This document shows positions 53,101 to 64,000 of a stretch of DNA of 64,000 nt, piece by piece. The first letter of the stretch is position 1, and every line of letters begins with the position of its first letter. The stretch comes from the human T2T-CHM13v2.0 reference genome, Homo sapiens, in NCBI RefSeq assembly GCF_009914755.1, contig NC_060939.1. One strand, 5' to 3'. Under the pieces are notes generated by a model that saw nothing but the letters and a program-made list of their open reading frames with translations, was not told where the DNA came from and searched no databases. A program made the translations under genes and the position numbers.

Positions 53101-56100
53101 GGTTGATTTCATAGTATTCCTTTCCATTTCATTGCATTCATTCCATTCCACTCCATTCCATTCCATTCCAATCCGGTTGATTCCATTCCATTCCATTCCC
53201 TTCCACTCGGGTTGATTCCATTCCATTCCATTCCATTCCATTGCATTCCATTCCATACCATTCCTCTCGGGTTGATTCCATACCAATCTATGCTATTCCA
53301 TTCCATTAAACATCATTCCATTCCATTCCACTCGGGTTGATTCCATTCCATTCCATTCCATTCCATGCCATGCCATTCCATTCAACTCCATTCCATTACA
53401 TTCCGTTCCACTCGGGTTGATTCCATTCCATTCCATTCCAATCCATTCCTTTCCATTCCATTCCATTCAGGTTCATTCCATTCCATTCCATTCTGTTCTG
53501 CTCCTTTCCATTCCATTCCATTCCATTTCATTCTATTCCATTCCAGTCCGTTCCGTTCCACTCGGGTTGATTCCATACCATTCCATTCCATTCCATTCCA
53601 TTCATTCCTTTAAATTCCATTCCATTCCATTCTGGTTGATTCCATTCCATTCCTTTCCATTCCATTTCATTCCATTCCTTTCCATTCCATTCTACTCGGG
53701 TTGATTCCGTTGCATTCCATTCCATTCCATTCCATTCTATTCCATTCCAGTCCATTCCATTCCACTCGGGTTGATTCCATACCATTCCATTCCATTCCAT
53801 TCCATTCCATTCCATTCATTCCTTTCTATTCCATTCCATTCCATTCGGGTTGATTCCATTCCATTCCTTTCCATTCCATTTCATTCCATTCCTTTCCATT
53901 CCATTCCTCTCGGGTTGATTCCGTTGCATTCCATTGCATTCCATTGCACTTGGGTTGATTCCATTCCATTCCATTCCATTCCATTCCATTCCATTCAATT
54001 CCATTCCATTCGATGCATTTCCCTTACACTCGTATTGATTCCATAGCATTCCATTGCATTCCATTCCATTCCATTCCATTCCATCCCATTCGGGTTGATT
54101 TCATTCCATTCCATTCCATTCCATTCCATTCCATTCCATTCTGTTCCATTCTGTTCGGGTTGATTCCATTCCATTAAATTCCACTGCATTCCATTGCATT
54201 CCATTCCAATCCATTCCATTCCATTCCACTCCATACATTCCATTCCTTTCCATCCGGATTGATTCCATTCCATTCCATTCCATTCTATGCTATTCCATTC
54301 CAGTTGATTCCATTGGATTCCATTCCGTTCCATTCCATTCCGTTCCATTCTATTCGTGTTTATTTCATTCCATTCCATTCCATTCCACAGCATTCCACTC
54401 CATTCCATTCAATTCCATTCAATTCCACTCCATTCCATTACATTCCATTCCACTCGAGTTGATTCTATTCCATTCCATTCCATTCCAATCCATCCCATTC
54501 CATTCCATTCCTTTCCATTCCATTCATTCCCATTACACTCGGGTTGATTCCATTGTATTGCATTCCATTCCATTCCATTCCATTCCATTCCATTCCATTC
54601 CATTCCATCCCATTCTGGTTGATTCCATTCTATTCCGTTCCATTCCATTCCATTCCATTCCATTCCATTCCATTCCATTCCATTCCATACTTTTCCACTC
54701 TGGTTGATTGCATACCATTCCATTCCATTCCGTTCCATTCCATTCCTTTCCATACTATTCCACTCTGGTTAATTCCATATCATTCCTTTCCATTCCATTC
54801 CAATCCATTCCTTTCCATTCCAGGTGATTCCTTTGCATTCCATCCTGTTCCATTCCATTCCTTTCCATTCCATTCCATTCGGGTTGATTCCAGTCCATTG
54901 CATTCCATTCCGTTCCTCTCGGGTTGATTCCATTCCATTCTATTCCATTTTATTCCACTCGAGTTGATTCCATTCCATTCCATTCCATTCCATTCCATTC
55001 CATTCCATTCCATTCCATTCCGTTCCACTCGGTTTGATTCCATTCCATTCCACTTTATTCCACTCCACTAGAGTTGATTCCATTCCATTCCATTCCATTC
55101 CATTCCACTCCATTAGATTCCATTCCATACCAACCGGATTGATTCCATTCCACTACATTCCATTCCATTCCATTCCATTCCTTTCCAGATGATTCCATTG
55201 GATTCCATTCCATTCCATTCCATTGCATTCCATTCCATTCCATTCCATTCCATTCTATTCCACTCGAGTTTTTTCCTCTTCATTCCATTGCATTACATTC
55301 CATTTCATTCCACTCGGGTTAAATCCATTAGATTTCATTCCCTTCCCTTCCATTCCATTCAATTCCACTCGGGTGGATTCCATTGCATTACATTCCATTT
55401 TATGCCATTCCATTCTGTTCCATTCCATTCCATTCCATACTATTCCACTCTGGTTGATTCCATAACATTCCATTCCATTCCGTTCCATTCCATTCCATTC
55501 CATACTATTCCACTCTGGTTGATTGCATACCATTCCATTCCATTCCATTCCAATCCATTCCATTCCATTCCAGGTGATTCCTTTGCATTCCATCATGTTC
55601 CATTCCATTCCTTTCCATTCCATTCCACTCGGGTTGATTCCATCCCATTGCATTCCATTCTGTTCCTCTCGGGTTGATTCCATTCCATTCTATTCCATTT
55701 TATTCCACTCGAGTTGATTCCATTCCATTCTATTCCATTCCATTGCATTCCATTCCATTGCATTCCATTCCATTCCATTCCATTCCACTCAGGTTGATTC
55801 TGCTCCATTCCATTGCATTCCATTCCATTTCATTCCATTCCATTCGTGTTGAATCCATTTCATTCCATTCCGATCCATTGCATTCCATTCCTTTCCATTT
55901 CATTCCATTCCTTTCCTTTCGGGTTGATTCCATTCCATGCCATTCCATTCCATTCCGTTCCATTCCACTCCATGCCATTCCGTTCCATTCCACCAGGATT
56001 GATTCCATTCCATTGCATTATAATCCATTCCATTGTATTCCTTTCCACTCCGGTTGATTCAATTGCATTCCATTCCATTCCATTCCATTCCAGTTGATTC

Positions 56101-59100
56101 CAAAGCCTTGCATTCCATTACATTCCATTGCATTCCATTCCATTCCATTGCATTCCAATCTATTCCATTCCACTCGTTTTCATTCCATTCCATTCCATTC
56201 CATTCCATTCCATTCCATTCCATTCCATTCCACTCGGTTTGATTCCATTCCATTCCATTCCATTCCATTCCATTCCATTCCATTCCACTCGGGTTGATTC
56301 CATTCCATTCCATTCCATTCCATTCTATTCCATTCCACTCGGGTTTATTAAATTCCGTTCCTTTCCATTTCATTGCATTCCATTCCATTCCACTCCATTC
56401 CATTCCATTCCAATCCGGTTGATTCCATTCCATTCCATTCCCTTCCACTCGGGTTGATTCCATTCCATTCCATTCCATTTTATTCCATTCCATTCCATTC
56501 CATTGCATTCCATTCCATACCATTCCTGTCGGGTTGATTCCATACCAATCTATTCTATTCCATTCCATTAACTACATTCCATTCCATTCCACTCGGGTTG
56601 ATTCCATTCCATTCCATTCCATTCCATTCCATTCCATTCCATGCCATTCCAATCCATTCGTGTTGATTCCATTCCATTCCATTCCATTCCAATCCATTCC
56701 TTTCCATTCCATTCCATTCGGGTTCATTGCATTCCATTCTGTTCCATTCCGTTCCGTTCCTTTCCATTCCATTCCATTCCATGGCATTCCATTCCATTCC
56801 ATTCCATTCTATTCCATTCCAGTCCATTCCAATGCATTCCACTCCATACGTTCCATTCCATTCCACCCGGATTGATTCCATTCCATTCCATTCCATTCTA
56901 TGCTATTCCATTCCAGTTGATTCCGTTGGATTCCATTCCGTTCCATTCCATTCCATTCCATTCCATTCCATTCCATTCCATTCCATTCCTTTCCATTGCA
57001 TTCGACTCAGGTTGATTCCACTCCATTCCATTGCATTACATTCCATTTCATTCCACTCGGGTTTATTCCTTTCCATTCCATTCCGTTCCACTCGGGTTAA
57101 TTCCATTCCGTTCCTTTCCGTTACATTCCATTCCATTCCATTCCATTCCATTCCTTTCCATTCCATTCCGTTCCATTTTATTGGTGTTTATTTCATTCCA
57201 TTCCATTCCATTCCACAGCTTTCCATTCCATTCCATTCCATTCCATTCCGTTCGTGTTGTTTCCATTCCAATCCATTCCATTCCATTCCATTCCACTGGA
57301 GTTGATTCTATTCCATTCCATTCCATTCCATTCCATTCGGTTTCATTCCATGCCATTCAATTCCATTCCGTTCCATTCCATTCCATTCCATTCCATTCCA
57401 TTCCATTGCATTGCCTTCCATTCCACTCCATTCCATTCCATTCCATTCCATTCCATTCCACTCCATTCCATTACAATCCATTCCATTCGATTTTATTCTA
57501 TTCCATTCCATTCCATTCCCTTCCATTGCATTCCATTGCAGTCGGGTTCATTCCATGCCATTCAATTCCGTTCCGTTCCATTCCATTCCATTCCATTCCA
57601 TTCCATTCCATTCCATTCCACTCGGGTTGATTCCATACCTTTGCATTCCATTCCAGTCCTTTCATTCCTTTCCTTCCCATTGCATTTCATTCGGGTTGAT
57701 TCCATTCCATTGCTTTCCAATCCATTCCATTGCATGCCTTTCCATTCCATTCCACTCGGGTTGATTCTGCTGCATTCTCTTCCATTCCATTGCACTTGGG
57801 TTGATTCCATTCCATTCCATTCCATTCCATTCCATTCCATTCCATTCCATTAATTTCCATTACACTTGTGTTGATTCCATAGCATTCCATTCCATTCCAT
57901 TCCATTCCATTCTATTCCATTCCATCCCATTCTGGTTAATTCCATTCTATTCTATTCCATTCCATTCCATTCCATTCCATTCCATTCCATTCCATTCCAA
58001 TCCATTCCACTCCATTCCATTCCATTCCCCTCCATTCCATTCCATTCCATTCCATTCCATTCAATTCCATTCCATTCCACTCCTTTCCATTACAATCCAT
58101 TCTATTCGATTTGATTCTATTCCAATCCATTCCATTCCATTCCATTGCATTCCATTGCAGTCGGGTTCATTCCATGCCATTCAATTCCGTTCCATTCCGT
58201 TCCATTCCATTCCATTCCATTCCATTTCCTTGCCTTCCATTCCACTCCATTCCATTCCATTCCATTCCATTCCACTCGAGTTGATTCCATACCTTTCCAT
58301 TCCATTCCATTCCCTTCATTCCTTTCCATTCCATTCCATTCCAGTCGGGTTGATTCCATTCTATTGCTTTCCATTCTATTCCATTGCATGCCTTTCTATT
58401 CCATTCCACGTGGGTTGATTCCGTTGCATTCTATTCCATTCCATTGCACTCGGGTTGATTCCATAGCATTCCATTCCATTCCATTCCATTCCATTCCATT
58501 CTGGTTGATTCCATTCTATTCCATTCCATTCCTTTCCTTTCCATTCCGTTCCATTCCATTCGGGTTGATTCTATTCCATTCCATTCCATTCCATTGCATT
58601 CCATCCCATTCGGCTAGATTCCATTCCATTCCATTCCTTTCCATTCCATTCCGTTCCACTCGGGTTAATTCCATTCCAGTTCCATTCTATTCGTGTTTAT
58701 TTCATTCCATTCCATTCCATTCCACAGCATTCCATTCCATTCCGTTCTGTTCCATTCCATTCGTGTTGTTTCCATTCCATTCCATTCCATTCCATTCCAT
58801 TCCTTTCCATTCCATTCCATTCCGTTCCATTCCATTCCATTCGGGTTGATTCCACTCCATTCCATTCCATTGCATTCCTTTCCATTGCATTCCATTCGGG
58901 TTCATTCCATTCCATTCCGTTCCATTCCATTCCGTTCCTTTCCATTGCATTGCATTCCATTCCATTCCATTCCATTCCATTCCATTCCATTCCATTCCAT
59001 TCATTTCCATTACAGTCGGGTTGATTCCATACCATTCCATTCCATTCCATTGAATTCCATACCATTCCATTACACTCGGGTTGATTCCATTCCATTCCAT

Positions 59101-59730
59101 TCCATTCCATTCCATTCCATTCCATTCCATTCGGGTTGATTCCATTCCATTCCATTCGATTCCATTCTATTCCATTCCATTCCATTCGGGTTGATTACAT
59201 TCCATGCCATTCAATTCCATTCCGTTCCATTCCATTCCATTCCATTCCATTCAATTGCATTGCCTTCCATTCCACTCCATTCCATTGCATTCCATTCCAT
59301 TGCATTCCATTCCATTCCATTCCATTCCATTCCATTCCAGTCGGGTTGATACCATTCCATTCCATTCCATTCCATTCCATTCCATTCCATTCCACTCCAT
59401 TCCATTCCATTCCATTTCACTCGAGTTGATTTTATTCCATTCCATTCCTTTCCATCCCATTCCATTCCATTCTATTCCATTCCATTCCATTGCGTTCCAT
59501 TGCATTTGTGTTAATTCCACTCCATTCCATTCCACTCCATTCCACTCAATTCCATTCCTTTCCAATCCATGACATTCAACTAGGGTTGAATTCATTGCAT
59601 TCCATTCCAATCCATTCCTCTCCATTCAATTCCTCTCTGATTGAATCTATTCCATTCCATTCCATTCCGTTCTGTTCCATTCGTTCCATTGCATTCCATA
59701 CCATTCTATTCCACTCGGGATGTTTCCATT
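38200..59730 (+). repeat. Large direct duplication inside HSat3 (about 38200-50830 versus about 51930-59730)
   Basis: Colinear rare markers: TTCCAAAGCTTT 38231/51961, CAATAGGATT 38471/52201, CAACCGGATT 41231/55131, CAAAGCCTTG 42215/56101, TTCGGCTAG 49732/58609 and AACTAGGGTTGAATTC 50681/59578. Confidence 0.88.
42310..50490 (+). repeat. ~4.1-kb tandem duplication inside HSat3; each copy contains an internal ~0.75-kb duplication
   Basis: GGTTTATTAAATT occurs at 42451, 43214, 46601 and 47340, and TAACTAC at 42678, 43441, 46828 and 47567. CACGTG is at 45329/49475 and TTCGGCTAG at 45621/49732. Confidence 0.9.
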
Positions 59731-62700
59731 CCATTCCATTCCATTCCATTCCATTTCATTCCATTCCATTCCATTCCATTCGGGTTGATTCCATTCCATT
59801 CCATTCCATTCCATTCCATTCCATTCCATTCCACTCGGGTTGATTCCATTCCATTCCATTCCATTCCATTCCTCTCGGGTTGATTCCATTCCATTCCATT
59901 CCATACCATTCAATTCCATTCCACTCTGGTTGACTCCATTTCATTCCATTCCACTCCGTTTCATTCTGGTTGATTCCATTGAATTCCAATCCATTTTATT
60001 CCATTCCATTCTGTTCCATTCCATTCCATTCCATTCCATTCCATTATTGTGGATTCCATACCAATCCTTTCCATTCCTTTCCATTCCTTTCCCTTCCTTT
60101 CGATTCCATTCCATTCCATTCTACTCGGTTTCATTCCATTCCATTCCATTCCCTTCCATTCCATTCCATTCCATTCCACTCTGTTTGATTCCATTTCATT
60201 TCACTCCATTCCATTCCATTCCATTCCATTCCATTCCATTCCATTCCGATTGATTCCATTCCATTCCATTCCATTCCATTCCATTCCATTCCATTCCATT
60301 CCATTCCATGCCATTCCATTCCATTCCATTGCACTCAGGTTGATTCCGCTCCGTTCCATTGCATTACATTCCATTTCATTCCACTCGGGTTGATTCCTTT
60401 CCATTCCATTCAATTCCACTCGGGTTAATTCCATTCCGTTCCTTTCCATTTCACTCCATTCCATTCCATTCCATTCCGTTCCATTCTATTCGTGTTTATT
60501 TCATTCCATTCCATTCCGTTCCACAGCATTCCATTCCATTCCGTTCCATTATATTCGTGTTGTTTCCATTCCATTCCATTTCATTCCATTGCATTCCATT
60601 CGATTCCGTTCCATTCCATTCGTGTTGATTCCACTCCATTCCATTCCACTCCATTCCATTCCATTCCATTCCATTCCTTTCCAATCCATGACATTCAACT
60701 TGGGTTGAATCCATTGCATTCCATTCCAATCCATTCCTCTCCATTCAATTCCTCTCTGATTCAATCTATTCCGTTGCATTCCATTCCGTTCTGTTCCATT
60801 CCGTTCCATTGCATTCCATACCATTTCTTTCCACTCGGGATGATTCCATTCCATTCCATTATATTCCATTTCATTCCATTGCATTCCATTTCATTCCATT
60901 CCACTCGGGTTGATTCCATTCCATTCCATTCCATTCCATTCCATTCCATTCCATTCCATTCCTTTCCATTCCATTCCATTCCATTCCATTTCATTCCATT
61001 CCATTCCATTCCATTCGGGTTGATTCCATTCCATTCCATTCCATTTCATTCCATTCCATTCCATTCCATTCCATCCATTCCACTCCTTTCCATTCCATTC
61101 CATTGCATTCGACTCAGGATGATTCCGCTCCATTCCATTGCATTTCATTCCATTTCATTCCTCGCAGGTTGATTCCGCTCCATTCCATTGCATTACATTC
61201 CATTTCATTCCACTCGGGTTGATTCCTTTCCATTCCATTCCGTTCCACTCGGGTTAATTCCATTCCGTTACTTTCCATTTCATTCCATTCCATCCCATTC
61301 CATTCCATTCCATTCCTTTCCATTCCATTCCGTTCCATTCTATTCGTGTTTATTTCATTCCATTCCATTTAATTCCGCAGCATTCAATTCCATTCCGTTC
61401 CGTTCCGTTCCATTCCATTAGTGTTGTTTCCATTCCATTCCATTCCATTCCATTCCATTCCATTCCATTCCGTTCCATTCCATTCGTGTTGATTCTATTC
61501 CATTCCATTCTACTCCTTTCCATTCCATTCCATTCCACTCCTTTCCAGTCCGTGACATTCAACTGGGTTGCATCCCTTGCATTCCATTCCAATCCATTCC
61601 ACTCCAGTCAAATCCTCTCGGATTCAATGTATTCCATTCCATTCCTTTCCGTTCTGTTCCACTCCATTCCATTGCATTCCATACCATTTCATTCCACTCG
61701 GGATGATTCCATTCCATTCCATTCCATTCCATTCCATTCCTTTCCATTCCATTCCGTTCCATTCCATTCGTGTTGATCCCATTCCATTCCATTCCATTCC
61801 ATTGCATTCCATTCCATTCCATTCGACTTCATTCCATTCCATTGCATTCCATTCCATTCCATTCCATTCCATTGCATTCCATTCCATTCCATTCCATTCC
61901 ATTCCATTCCATTCCATTCCATTCCGTGCCATTCCATTCCATTCGTGTTGATTCCATTCCATTCCATTCCATTCCATTCCATTCCATTCCATTCCATTCC
62001 ATTCCGTTCCACTCGGGTTGATTCCATTCCAATCCATTCCTTTCCATTCCATTCCATTCGGGTTCATTGCATTCCATTCTGTTCCATTCCGTTCCGTTCC
62101 TTTCCATTCCATTCCATTCCATGGCATTCCATTCCATTCCATTCCATTCTATTCCATTCCAGTCCATTCCAATGCATTCCACTCCATACGTTCCATTCCA
62201 TTCCACCCGGATTGATTCCATTCCATTCCATTCCATTCTATGCTATTCCATTCCAGTTGATTCCGTTGGATTCCATTCCGTTCCATTCCATTCCATTCCA
62301 TTCCATTCCATTCCATTCCATTCCTTTCCATTGCATTCGACTCAGTTTGATTCCACTCCATTCCATTGCATTACATTCCATTTCATTCCACTCGGGTTTA
62401 TTCCTTTCCATTCCATTCCGTTCCACTCGGCTTAATTCCATTCCGTTCCTTTCCGTTCCATTCCATTCCATTCCATTCCATTCCTTTCCATTCCATTCCG
62501 TTCCATTTTATTGGTGTTTATTTCATTCCATTCCATTCCATTCCACAGCTTTCCATTCCATTCCATTCCATTGCATTCCATTCGTGTTGTTTCCATTCCA
62601 ATCCATTCCATTACATTCCATTCCACTGGAGTTGATTCTATTCTATTCCATTCCATTCCATTCCATTCGGTTTCGTTCCATGGCATTCAATTCCATTCCG

Positions 62701-64000
62701 TTCCATTCCATTCCATTCCATTCCATTCCATTCCATTCCATTGAATTGCCTTCCATTCCATTCCATTCCATTCCATTCCATTCCATTCCATTCCACTCCA
62801 TTCCATTACAATCCATTCCATTCGATTTGATTCTATTCCATTCCATTCCATTCCCTTCCATTGCATTCCATTGCAGTCGGGTTCATTCCATGCCATTCAA
62901 TTCCGTTCCATTCCATTCCATTCCATTCCATTCCATTCCACTCGGGTTGATTCCATACCTTTGCATTCCATTCCAATCCTTTCATTCCTTTCCTTCCCAT
63001 TGCATTTCATTCGGGTTGATTCCATTCCATTGCTTTCCAATCCATTCCATTGCATGCCTTTCCATTCCATTCCACTCGGGTTGATTCTGTTGCATTCTCT
63101 TCCATTCCATTGCACTTGGGTTGATTCCATTCCATTCCATTCCATTCCATTCCATTCCATTAATTTCCATTACACTTGTGTTGATTCCATAGCATTCCAT
63201 TCCATTCCATTCCATTCCATTCCATTCCATCCCATTCTGGTTGATTCCATTCTATTCTATTCCATTCCATTCCATTCCATTCCATTCCATTCCATTCCAT
63301 TCCTTTCCATTCCATTCCATTCCATTCCAATCCATTCCACTCCATTCCATTCCATTCCATTCCCCTCCATTCCATTCCATTCCATTCCATTCAATTCCAT
63401 TCCATTCCACTCCATTCCATTACAATCCATTCTATTCGATTTGATTCTATTCCAATCCATTCCATTCCATTCCATTGCATTCCATTGCAGTCGGGTTCAT
63501 TCCATGCCATTCAATTCCGTTCCATTCCGTTCCATTCCATTCCATTCCATTCCATTTCCTTGCCTTCCATTCCACTCCATTCCATTCCATTCCATTCCAT
63601 TCCATTCCACTCGAGTTGATTCCATACCTTTCCATTCCATTCCATTCCCTTCATTCCTTTCCATTGCATTCCGTTCCAGTCGGGTTGATTCCATTCTATT
63701 GCTTTCCATTCTATTCCATTGCATGCCTTTCTATTCCATTCCACGTGGGTTGATTCCGTTGCATTCTATTCCATTCCATTGCACTTGGGTTGATTGCATT
63801 CCATTCCATTCATTTCCATTACACTCGGGTTGATTCCATAGCATTCCATTCCATTCCATTCCATTCCATTCCATTCCATTCCATTCTGGTTGATTCCATT
63901 CTATTCCATTCCATTCCTTTCCTTTCCATTCCGTTCCATTCCATTCGGGTTGATTCTATTCCATTCCATTCCATTCCATTGCATTCCATCCCATTCGGCT

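Larger units (their letters stand above)
12319..64000 (+). repeat. Human satellite 3 (HSat3), diverged (CATTC)n, C-rich strand on +, open at the right window edge
   Basis: Continuous CATTC pentamers are interrupted by the satellite-3 decamer A(C/T)TCGGGTTG, which is followed by HinfI sites (GATTC). The dense CATTCGATTC/ATGATG motifs of HSat2 are absent. I did not assign a subfamily. Confidence 0.97.

Noticed and set aside
12245-64000. Long ORFs such as the 544-aa 12245..13879 and the many (FHSIP)n / (MEWNG)n ORFs
   Set aside because: (CATTC)n and (GAATG)n contain no stop codon in any frame, so long overlapping ORFs on both strands are expected. The translations are pure pentapeptide repeats.
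12319-64000. Alu/L1 insertions, telomeric repeats, alpha satellite, rDNA or strand inversions
   Set aside because: On reading I found no poly(A) tail, TTAGGG tract, 171-bp unit, GC-rich block or switch to GGAAT on the + strand. Very short inserts could have been missed by eye.
1-64000. A previously undescribed multi-gene biological system
   Set aside because: More than 99% of the window is known satellite, and the remainder matches a known repeat family. Functional ideas for the island are hypotheses only.

Overview
This is eukaryotic (human or hominoid) constitutive heterochromatin. I find no credible protein-coding gene, RNA gene, transposon or CRISPR array. The window holds three abutting tandem satellite arrays: 68-bp beta satellite (1-~5382), the 42-bp AT-rich HSat1A/SAR (~5804-12318) and (CATTC)n satellite 3 with CACTCGGGTTGATTC interruptions (~12319-64000, C-rich strand on +, no inversion seen). 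This arrangement is typical of acrocentric short arms, though the location is inferred. The only non-satellite DNA is a ~420-bp GC-rich island (5383-5806). On the minus strand it resembles the end of the 4qA D4Z4 array: a partial D4Z4/LSau unit, then pLAM (the DUX4 exon-3 region), then beta satellite. It keeps the exon-3-type splice acceptor but has GTCACA where 4qA has the ATTAAA poly(A) signal. It also carries a relic DUX 5' leader with the ATG deleted, and a 58-aa perfect-Kozak small ORF missing from the supplied track. The D4Z4, pLAM and DUX comparisons come from recalled reference sequence and need alignment to confirm. The hundreds of ORFs in the track are satellite translation artefacts. 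The HSat3 shows nested recent duplications (about 0.26, 0.75, 1.75, 4.1, 5.3 and 8.9 kb). I see no evidence of a genuinely new biological system; the DUX/pLAM-like island is the best lead.
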